64,000 bases of DNA. Source: Bacteroidota bacterium (GTDB taxonomy: Bacteria > Bacteroidota > Ignavibacteria > UBA10030 > UBA8401). The first letter of the stretch is position 1. Each line of letters starts with the position of its first letter. The translations under genes and the position numbers were made by a program. Under the pieces are notes generated by a model. It saw only the letters and a program-made list of their open reading frames with translations, was not told the DNA's origin and did no database searches. The DNA is taken from NCBI GenBank assembly GCA_049317705.1, contig JBMOHT010000001.1:1267-65266 (forward strand). Direction: 5' to 3'. Shown here in pieces: positions 45,716-53,914 of the stretch.

Positions 45716-48700
45716 TTACTTCAGGAACATCATCTTCTTTACGGAAGTGAAGTTACCTGCTTCGATCTTGTAGAAGTACACGCCGCTGGACAATGAGTTT
45801 GCATTGAACGTTGCTTTGTAGTTGCCAACGGTCTGCATTTCATTGACGAGTGTTGCGACTTCCTGTCCAAGAACGTTGAACACCTTCAGGGAGACCATAC
45901 CATTCACAGGGATCGAATAGTTGATGACCGTTGAGGGGTTGAACGGGTTCGGATAGTTCTGTGTCAGTTCGAACTGTGTCGGTGCTGCACCGTCAACCTG
46001 TTTCACGCTCTTTGTTTCCAAAGCATAGTTCCACTGGTTGTAGTACAACGGATTGATGCTTCCGAACTGGCTTGCAATGGTTGCGGTAGCTGCAGCGTCA
46101 TTGATGTTTTCGATATGGTTGTTACCGAATCCGCCTTTGCCGCCTTCGTTATCGCCGCCCTTGATACCGAACTTGAATTCCTGACCAACAACGTTGTTCA
46201 GGGAGTCTTTGTAGAACTTGATCTGACGAGTGTAGATACGGTCTCCGGCAACAGCATCACCGTGTGTTCCGTTATCATACATGAAGCGCGTGGTATCGTC
46301 GATCAAGGACTGTCCCCAAGCATTCCATCCGCCTGCTGCCGGACCGTTGATTGCAACGCCCCATTTGTAGACAGAATCTTTGCTGGTAACATTGACTGTG
46401 TTCTGGATACCGAACAGCGTATCGCCCTTAGCAACCTGCCAGAATGCCGGTGCGAGGTTCACTGTGAACTTCACATCAACGTTCTGTGTCAGTTTGCGTG
46501 TATTGCGGAAGAACGGCCAGCGGTTCGCTTTGGTCTGATCTTTTGTGGTATCGACTGCTGAATTGGATTTTGCCGTCAACGGGAGCAAGCGGCGTTCTGC
46601 CAGCGTTACATCCGATCCGGTAAATCCGAAGTTGTAATATGATTCACGGAAATCCACACCATTCTTGACGATATAATACTGATACACCAGCGGTTTGCCG
46701 GTGCCGTCAGCTTTGATGTTGACGCCTCTGATCGATGAATCTGTTGCTGAATATACGTTGGAGAATGCCGATTTTACGAGATTCTTTGTTCCAACAAGTG
46801 AAGCGGACGATGCAAAACCATAACGAACCTGCACTGTATCTCCGATGGTATAGCCGTTGGTGGAGATAGCGCGGGACATATCAACCTGGAATTTCACGAT
46901 CGCTGTATCTGTTCCTGCCGGCGGTTTCACGCCAATATCATCCCACCATTTCCAGTAGAGTGTCGTATCGGCACTTCCGCGTTTGATGGTGAACGGACGA
47001 TCGGAAACACCTTCCCATTTCACAACATCGTTCGGTGTAGCATTGTTGATCTGGACGAATTTGAATGCATGTCCGATCGGAACGGTGATGGTGTCGGTAT
47101 TTGCTTTTTTCAACGGCAATTTGAATGTACCTGACCAGAAGTTCGGTCCGGTATAAGCAACGGATCCGCCGTTACCATGGTTTGCTTCACGTTTCAGTGT
47201 GAAGCCGGGGCCCCAACCGTTGAAGCTACCGCGGACGCCAACGCTCTGCGTTACCGGGTTGAAATCTTCCTGATTCTGCATGTTCACACGGAATGTCACT
47301 TCAAGTGAATCCGATTCAACATACGGGCGCCAGAAATGTGCCTGCTGTGCCGTTGAACCGTTCACGAATTGAAGTGCAATGGTCGTATCATTCTGTCCGA
47401 CAACCATTTTGCGGTTACCGTTGCCGTAGGAATTGATGTCATTTTCCCAGCCATTGTGTTCACCGGGATGACCGGCACCAACATTCGCCTGAGCATGTGT
47501 ATAGAGTTTGTACGGGAAATCAGCACCGGGAGCAAAGCGTGCTTTTGCCTGCCAGTAGTCACCGCCGATATTGGTGAACCGTACTGTCGAAGCGCCGTTC
47601 CAATCGAGCAGTCCGCCCGAAGCACCGCCGTCGCCGCGCATCTGAACGGTGGAGGTTGATTTCAATGTATCCGGAACCGATGAAGTATTCACAATGAATG
47701 TCACTTCAACGGAGCCCTGTTTCTTGAACATACCGGTGGAACCTGTGCCGCCGACGAGGATATGCGTAAGATCATAACCGCCTGCACCTCTGAATTCGGA
47801 CGTTGTTGACGGTGTCACCAATGCTGAGAATGATGTTCCGCCGTCTGTGGAGAGCCATGTACCTGCTTTTGCACCGCTGGTACCGACTGCCATCAGGTTC
47901 GTGGAGCCGCCGATCAGGTTCACTGTACGGACCTTTGTTGTTGCAAGGATAGCACCGGGAACGATCGCGATGGAATCGCTCCATGTTGCGCCGCCGTCAG
48001 TTGTTTTGTGGAACGGGTTGCCCTGTGTACCGGATTGACGACCGACACCCCAGCCGTTGTTTGCATCTTTGAAGGTGATCGAACGGAAATAGTAGTTCAC
48101 ATTTCCAACTGCATCTGCCACTTTGCTGACATGATGTGTCCATGTAACACCGCCGTCAGTCGATTTGATCAACGGAAGACCAACTCTGTTCGCAGCAGTC
48201 GCCTGGTAGTATGTTGCCCAGATCGTGTTGCCGATAGCATCGATGGATTTACCATATGCGGAAGAGGAGAATGTCTTTACGACGCCCTTCACTTCAGCAG
48301 GAATGGTAGTGATACGCGACCATGTTTTGCCTGCATCGGTGGTCTTCACCAAATGCATACCGAACCAGTCAGCATCACCAATAGCATATGCTGTTGTACC
48401 ATCAACAGCTTTTACGCCGTCGAAATACGCCGTGTCAACGTTGGAATATTTGTAAACAGTATCCCATTTTGCACCGCGATTCTCTGTTCTGAAGATGATA
48501 CCATCGTAGTTAGCAATAACTGCAGTGGAATCATTGAATGCGGCAATGTTCACATAACCGGCATTCGACGTCGGGGGCATTGCTGTTTTTGACCACGATG
48601 CACCGCCGTCTTTGGAATAGAACGTGTAATCCTGTGAACCGACCCAGCCGTTGGCCCAAACAACGCCGTTGGCTTTATAGTCGATCGCTAACACCGTGAG

Positions 48701-48892
48701 ACCGCTCAGACCTGCGACGTTTACCGGGGTCCAATCAGAACTCGGTGCCATGGCAGACGCCGGAGCGTTGGTGCTCATAACTTTTCTTGCTTCGCGTTCT
48801 TCTCTTAACTTTTCCTGACGTGCGGGATTAGCCGCGGCCAGAATGCCAAGAGCAACGCACGAAAGCAATACAACTTTTAGTGCATATTTCAT
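45716..48892 (-). CDS. Secreted BNR/Ycf48-like beta-propeller protein with repeated CBM-like beta-sandwich modules and a T9SS CTD
   Basis: 1058 aa. Six SxDxGxTW-type repeats (SKDGGASWS, TENRGAKWD, TTDAGKTWS, STDGGVTWT, TTDGGATWS, STDGGTSFS). Modules such as EVTFRVNM...VRGSFNGWG are present. The CTD is QNYPNPFNPSTVINYSIPVNGMVSLKVFN...KKMMFLK. Confidence 0.7.
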   Translation of the reverse strand: MKYALKVVLLSCVALGILAAANPARQEKLREEREARKVMSTNAPASAMAPSSDWTPVNVAGLSGLTVLAIDYKANGVVWANGWVGSQDYTFYSKDGGASWSKTAMPPTSNAGYVNIAAFNDSTAVIANYDGIIFRTENRGAKWDTVYKYSNVDTAYFDGVKAVDGTTAYAIGDADWFGMHLVKTTDAGKTWSRITTIPAEVKGVVKTFSSSAYGKSIDAIGNTIWATYYQATAANRVGLPLIKSTDGGVTWTHHVSKVADAVGNVNYYFRSITFKDANNGWGVGRQSGTQGNPFHKTTDGGATWSDSIAIVPGAILATTKVRTVNLIGGSTNLMAVGTSGAKAGTWLSTDGGTSFSALVTPSTTSEFRGAGGYDLTHILVGGTGSTGMFKKQGSVEVTFIVNTSSVPDTLKSTSTVQMRGDGGASGGLLDWNGASTVRFTNIGGDYWQAKARFAPGADFPYKLYTHAQANVGAGHPGEHNGWENDINSYGNGNRKMVVGQNDTTIALQFVNGSTAQQAHFWRPYVESDSLEVTFRVNMQNQEDFNPVTQSVGVRGSFNGWGPGFTLKREANHGNGGSVAYTGPNFWSGTFKLPLKKANTDTITVPIGHAFKFVQINNATPNDVVKWEGVSDRPFTIKRGSADTTLYWKWWDDIGVKPPAGTDTAIVKFQVDMSRAISTNGYTIGDTVQVRYGFASSASLVGTKNLVKSAFSNVYSATDSSIRGVNIKADGTGKPLVYQYYIVKNGVDFRESYYNFGFTGSDVTLAERRLLPLTAKSNSAVDTTKDQTKANRWPFFRNTRKLTQNVDVKFTVNLAPAFWQVAKGDTLFGIQNTVNVTSKDSVYKWGVAINGPAAGGWNAWGQSLIDDTTRFMYDNGTHGDAVAGDRIYTRQIKFYKDSLNNVVGQEFKFGIKGGDNEGGKGGFGNNHIENINDAAATATIASQFGSINPLYYNQWNYALETKSVKQVDGAAPTQFELTQNYPNPFNPSTVINYSIPVNGMVSLKVFNVLGQEVATLVNEMQTVGNYKATFNANSLSSGVYFYKIEAGNFTSVKKMMFLK

Positions 48893-48915
48893 AGAATACT
48901 CCTATGGTTGATTAA

Positions 48916-48960
48916 TACGGTGGATTATGGAACGCTTACAGCAGTTACGATGGACTATGG
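48916..48960 (-). repeat. 15-bp direct repeat (13/15 identical) spaced exactly 30 bp apart, upstream of the 1058-aa gene
   Basis: On the plus strand tacggtggattatgg (48916-48930) matches tacgatggactatgg (48946-48960). The repeats lie 24-68 nt upstream of the ATG at 48892. Confidence 0.6.
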
Positions 48961-49069
48961 TACTATACTTCTTCCGTTGCACCTCCTTTATCAAGAACGA
49001 TACATAGATGTTGGAATTAGTGTTCAGTGAATTGATTTTACCACATTTAATACCAAAAAACAACATTCC

Positions 49070-50077
49070 TTAGAAAGTGATTCCGATCGCCAACGTCTGA
49101 ATTCCGCCGAATTTGCCGAATTCCTGGTATGCAAAATCAAAGGAAACGACATTTGCCCCGGTGATCTCATATTTTGCACCCGCACCGGCAGTGAACGTCT
49201 CTTCTTTTTCGGGCAAAAAGAGAGATTTCATACCCCCGCGGAGGAATATCGCATCGCGCCATGATAATTCTCCGCCGACATTGAGCATTTCAGCGCTGTC
49301 GCTCGGACGAAGAGCATCAGCAGCGATGATCAGTCTCATATCATCTGTTTTGAATGCATCGATGGAAACACCGGCACGGAAAAAGAGCGGCAGAGGACGG
49401 TCTTCAGTCTTGTATTGTGCAACGATCGTTGCATTGTTGCCGGATTCATTTGGGCGGGAATCGAAGTTATTATAGAGATCCTTACCGTCCAAACGCATAT
49501 CGGCTCCGAAGTTGGAGATGCTCATTCCGATGGTCAGTCCGTTGAAATCGGTCTTATATTTCAGTCCGACATCAAGGGCCATTGAACTGGCTGATTCATT
49601 CCAGATCTTCATCTGAATCAATTTTGCCGTCGCACCGATAGCGAATTTATCCGTCAGATTGCGTGCATAGGAAATACCGACTGCCAGATCGGAAGCGGTC
49701 CATGTCTCTTCCCCGCCGTTCTGACTGAATTCGGTCGTGAGCATCTCTTCACCGTAATTCAGCTGCGTCACATTCACACCGATCGCGCCGCCGTCTCCAA
49801 GATCAACTGTCACACCGACCCAGTCGAATTTAGTGTCGACCAGCCACGCAGTGTGCGAGACCAGCACTTGAGAATATCCCAGCTGAGAGATCGCACCGGG
49901 ATTATAATAGAGTGCCGATGCATCGTTCGCAACGGCGACATATGCTCCGCCGAGTCCGATACCTCGGGGACCGACTGCAATGCCGAGGAACGGCGCCGCA
50001 GAAGTTCCGACCTTGGACTGCGAGAATGCAGGAAGAGCGATGAACAACATGAGAACGATTGATAATACTTTTTTCAT
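49070..50077 (-). CDS. PorV/PorQ-family outer-membrane beta-barrel protein (locus-embedded paralogue)
   Basis: Signal peptide MKKVLSIVLMLFIALPAFSQ. Contains GTSAAPFLGIAVGPRGIGLGGAYVAVANDASALYYNPGAISQL, the PorV/PorQ N-terminal signature. Ends in F (LAIGITF). Confidence 0.75.
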   Translation of the reverse strand: MKKVLSIVLMLFIALPAFSQSKVGTSAAPFLGIAVGPRGIGLGGAYVAVANDASALYYNPGAISQLGYSQVLVSHTAWLVDTKFDWVGVTVDLGDGGAIGVNVTQLNYGEEMLTTEFSQNGGEETWTASDLAVGISYARNLTDKFAIGATAKLIQMKIWNESASSMALDVGLKYKTDFNGLTIGMSISNFGADMRLDGKDLYNNFDSRPNESGNNATIVAQYKTEDRPLPLFFRAGVSIDAFKTDDMRLIIAADALRPSDSAEMLNVGGELSWRDAIFLRGGMKSLFLPEKEETFTAGAGAKYEITGANVVSFDFAYQEFGKFGGIQTLAIGITF

Positions 50078-50114
50078 GATAAGCTCCGAAGATTCTTTTT
50101 TCACGTGAATCACC

Positions 50115-53100
50115 TTATTTGATCACCGCGATCTTACCGGATTTTGTTCCGGAAGATGACTCAATGACATAGAAGTAAACGCCGAACGCAACATCGAGAT
50201 TCTCTTTCGTCTTCACATCCCATTTGATGGTGCCATTCTGAATTGAACCATCCTGATGCAGTGTACGGATATGCTCACCGCGTGCGGTATAGATGGAGAC
50301 CTTCGCATCCTGAGGCACATTCTGGAACTCGATCTTCCGTTCTCCTCTGCCGAATGTTCCGGCGGCCGGCGGTGTTTCGCCGTATGCCTGAACAACGTAA
50401 GGATTCGGAACGACTCTGACTGATGAGAGTGACGGTGAGACATTCCCCACAACCACTTTCGGTTTCTCGGTCGTGAAATAGAACTTATCCTCTTTACGGA
50501 ATGATTTGCGTGTCCGTAATTTCAGCGTGTCTCCTGTTCCGAATGTGTAGACGGTATCAGGACCGAATGATGGTTTTAAGAAATAGACCGTCCATGTATA
50601 GATCAATGAATCTTTTTTATTTTTTTCAAAGAATAGCAATTGATCATCGGATGACATTTTGCCGGGATTGATATTGTCCAACCAAAGGAATGATACCTTC
50701 TTATTTTCCGTGATATTCTTCACGGTAAAGTTCGTCGGTGTCGGCGGAAGCCCATAAAGATCAGCAGTTGTATCGATTATCGAATTAGAAAAGACAATAT
50801 TGTAATCGGCTGCATTTTCTGAAGCATAAGTGTCATAGACGCCGTTGCCGTCAATATCAAGATCCACCGTGGAGAAGGTAAATGCATATGCTTTGTTCAG
50901 ATTGGAGAATTTGGAGAGCGAATCGATCAGCGAGATCTTCCAATCGTTGGTAAAAGCCAGCTGAACACCGTCGAAGATGTCCGTGTCATACGTTTCACGG
51001 ACGTATGGACTGTTATTGATATAGGGACTCTTCGCCACGGGATAATACTGATACCGGATCGAATACTTCCGCAGATTATTGGTATCCGGCTGCAGATCGT
51101 ACCGAGCTTTTGCACGGATAGATCCGCGTTCAAGATTCAGGATATATTTTGACGTATCGACCGGTGTCCCGTCCTGTTTCGTTATAGTGATGCTTCCCTT
51201 CACCAGATTCGTCTTCGGCAGAAGAGCCGTTATCGTATCTATCTTTGAAGGAGCAAACGTGCCGTTATAATAAGTCGTATCGCGAACATAATAATAGGTC
51301 GTTACGGGTGAGAATTTTCCGCTGTCCCTCGTATCGAGGAACGATACTTCATATGTACTCCCGCTGATCTTTGATTCGTCGACCACTTTATAGTAGACAT
51401 TACCTGTTGCAACGACCGAAGCTGCTTTGGGAACTTTTACTGACGACGGCGGAGGCGTGTAACCGGAGACCTTCTTTCCCGGCACTACGATGGCGACGTT
51501 CTGTGAAGCCCCGCGGATACGGCCTGCCTGATCGATATCGATCTTCCAGCCGTTCTCTGACGGGAAGATACCGGTCACTTCATCGCCGTTATCATACGCA
51601 ACGATCACATAGTAATATGTCTTTCCGTTCACCACGTCATAATCCGCTGTATCATGGACCAGACCGGTGTTGGAACCGAGCTTATATGTGAATCCTGCCG
51701 CATCGTCGAAGATCGCAGCCGGTGCGCGGTAATATCCGCTGATGCTGTCCTTCAAGTCCACCTGGAATTTTGCATCATACCCTTTTCTGTTTCCGTCGGC
51801 ATCCGTTACAGAGAATGCATCGTTGAATTCATAATCCGTTGCTTTATAGATCTTGTATCCCTGAAAATCTTTGATCTTCAGAACGGGATCGATCGCATTC
51901 TCTGCTCTCCGGTCCCAATACAATTTTACTTTTCCGTCGCCGGCGACCGCAGTCAATGTCGGCACGGGTTCCGGTGCGATCGGGAACTGATAGTTTGCAT
52001 CATAGATCTTCTGCACGGTCTGTTTGTGTTTCAGCAGATCGGTGATATCATCCTCACGTGAACCGCCGTTGCCGCCGCCGTAGACGAGTGCAAGCGAGAA
52101 CCGTTCCGTCTTTTTGGAAAGCAGCGGGAAGTATCCGGATGAGTACGTGAAGTCGCCGTCCTGACCGTATTCGGGTTTGTTGGCAACGATCGATTTCGGC
52201 ACGGAGAACACGCCGGGTTTCATATCGCCCCAGAGGATCTCATCATCGCCGAGATAGATACCGTTGGCCGGAGTGAAATACTTGAAACTCGTCAGACCGA
52301 TCTGATCGGATTCATCAACATCCGTCTTATCGATATTCGGTTCACCGGGAAGACCGGTATCCGTTCCGTTCACCGAGTACCCTGATGAAGGAAGACCGTC
52401 CGCTTCACCGGCATCCTTCGTCCCTGATACACCGTCCATACCGACGTCATCGAATCCGATATTCCAATCCTTGTCGTTGTCCACCAGGTCATCCCTGCGT
52501 TCATCGATCATCGCGAACGGACCGCCGTTGAATGCGGGATTATAGGTAAGGTAACGGACAGGACGAAGGATATCGATCAAGGTCTTCGGCGGGATATCGT
52601 CGGATGTCTTCACCTGTCTGAAATGCAGGTAGTAGTTCTCATCGATGATTCCGTCAAGGTCATTATCAATACCGTCGAATGCATTCGGGTTGACGGTCGG
52701 TACGCCGGAAACGATGATCACATTTCCTTCCGCCAGTTTCGTTGTTCCCGCCGTAACAGATACTGTTCCGCCGCGCGTGTTGAAAACGGTCGTGCCCGCA
52801 GCGACTGTAACGATCTGTCTGCTGAAGTCATTGTTGATCAGTACGACTTTGGCGCCGGCATTGATCTTTGTGGAATCAAAATCTGTTGCGACGAATAACG
52901 ATGTCGGAGATCCGACAACTTTCTTGTCGACATCACCGTCGTTGTCGATCGCATCGTACGGATTTCCCGGACTTTCGAGGAATGCATATCCGACCATTCC
53001 GACACTTCCCTGCCAGAACGGATTGCGGGCGCAATTCCTGTCGAAATCGCCGGTGTAGGTGATATTCTCGTTCACATCGTAGAAGGACCAGTCATCATCA

Positions 53101-53900
53101 TATTCATTGAAATTCTGTGTTCCGGTCACACCGACCAATGTTCCCACAAGCATACCGAATGTTGCGCGGTCATAGTTGGATGTGCTCGTATTGGTGATCT
53201 CATACAGCCAGAAAATATTGTCCTGAGCAAGGAACTGGCTCCACTGCATACCGCGGACCTTCACGTTCAATCCAAGTCCGTTCCGCGATGTATTGTTGGA
53301 ATCCGGTTTGAATGCAATGCCCAGACTGTTATTGTTCGCAAAGCTGTAACGGATGTCATTATTATCATCCATCACTACGTAACTCTCCTGATTCGCGCTG
53401 GAACGTTTTCCGAAATATCCGTTCCACGATCCCTGCCATCCCGGATCCTGTCCGTCGTTCAATTTATCGGGCCATGATGTCGGCCAGGTGGTTGGGTCAT
53501 CACTCATCGCGATGCTCTGTTTTGCGGGATTGAAGTATCCGTTCACCGGCATGAATGTCCACGGTTTGCCGCCGCCGGATTTGTCATCCGTATCGAACGA
53601 TGATGCGGGACGCGAGACAGGACTCGTCACGACCGAATGGAATGTCTGTCCTGCGGTCTTCACTTCCGCACCGACGATGAGCGAAACGTCGCCGACATAT
53701 CCGTTCGTGGAATAGATCCATGCGCCGCGAGGCCGTGTATCACCCGGCTGACCGATCACACCCCAGTTACCAAAGACCGATTTCACTCGGTTGGCGTTGT
53801 GAACGGCTGAGCGGTAATACTGCGAACCGGATTGGGAGAACGCTCTCTCGGATCCGATCACGAGAACTAACGCAAGAATTGATGAGAGTATTTTTTTCAT
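50115..53900 (-). CDS. 1261-aa secreted protein of unknown function with Ca-binding-type Asp repeats and a T9SS-like CTD
   Basis: Signal peptide MKKILSSILALVLVIGSERAFSQ. DxDxDG-type loops are present (IDNDGDVDK, DGIDNDLDGIIDEN, DDLVDNDKDWN, DDVGMDG). The C-terminus is VVPNPYVV...GVYFYVIESSSGTKSGKIAVIK. It lies 14 nt downstream of the TonB receptor gene. Confidence 0.6.
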   Translation of the reverse strand: MKKILSSILALVLVIGSERAFSQSGSQYYRSAVHNANRVKSVFGNWGVIGQPGDTRPRGAWIYSTNGYVGDVSLIVGAEVKTAGQTFHSVVTSPVSRPASSFDTDDKSGGGKPWTFMPVNGYFNPAKQSIAMSDDPTTWPTSWPDKLNDGQDPGWQGSWNGYFGKRSSANQESYVVMDDNNDIRYSFANNNSLGIAFKPDSNNTSRNGLGLNVKVRGMQWSQFLAQDNIFWLYEITNTSTSNYDRATFGMLVGTLVGVTGTQNFNEYDDDWSFYDVNENITYTGDFDRNCARNPFWQGSVGMVGYAFLESPGNPYDAIDNDGDVDKKVVGSPTSLFVATDFDSTKINAGAKVVLINNDFSRQIVTVAAGTTVFNTRGGTVSVTAGTTKLAEGNVIIVSGVPTVNPNAFDGIDNDLDGIIDENYYLHFRQVKTSDDIPPKTLIDILRPVRYLTYNPAFNGGPFAMIDERRDDLVDNDKDWNIGFDDVGMDGVSGTKDAGEADGLPSSGYSVNGTDTGLPGEPNIDKTDVDESDQIGLTSFKYFTPANGIYLGDDEILWGDMKPGVFSVPKSIVANKPEYGQDGDFTYSSGYFPLLSKKTERFSLALVYGGGNGGSREDDITDLLKHKQTVQKIYDANYQFPIAPEPVPTLTAVAGDGKVKLYWDRRAENAIDPVLKIKDFQGYKIYKATDYEFNDAFSVTDADGNRKGYDAKFQVDLKDSISGYYRAPAAIFDDAAGFTYKLGSNTGLVHDTADYDVVNGKTYYYVIVAYDNGDEVTGIFPSENGWKIDIDQAGRIRGASQNVAIVVPGKKVSGYTPPPSSVKVPKAASVVATGNVYYKVVDESKISGSTYEVSFLDTRDSGKFSPVTTYYYVRDTTYYNGTFAPSKIDTITALLPKTNLVKGSITITKQDGTPVDTSKYILNLERGSIRAKARYDLQPDTNNLRKYSIRYQYYPVAKSPYINNSPYVRETYDTDIFDGVQLAFTNDWKISLIDSLSKFSNLNKAYAFTFSTVDLDIDGNGVYDTYASENAADYNIVFSNSIIDTTADLYGLPPTPTNFTVKNITENKKVSFLWLDNINPGKMSSDDQLLFFEKNKKDSLIYTWTVYFLKPSFGPDTVYTFGTGDTLKLRTRKSFRKEDKFYFTTEKPKVVVGNVSPSLSSVRVVPNPYVVQAYGETPPAAGTFGRGERKIEFQNVPQDAKVSIYTARGEHIRTLHQDGSIQNGTIKWDVKTKENLDVAFGVYFYVIESSSGTKSGKIAVIK

Positions 53901-53914
53901 AGAGAGTGCCCTGA

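Noticed and set aside
48893-48990. A possible 26-codon ORF (VQRKKYSTIVHRNCCKRSIIHRINQP) starting in the AAGGAGGTG of the spacer upstream of the 1058-aa gene.
   Set aside because: The putative start codon lies inside the Shine-Dalgarno-like sequence itself, so no spacing remains. There is no ATG alternative and no supporting features. It is kept only as a note within the direct-repeat finding.
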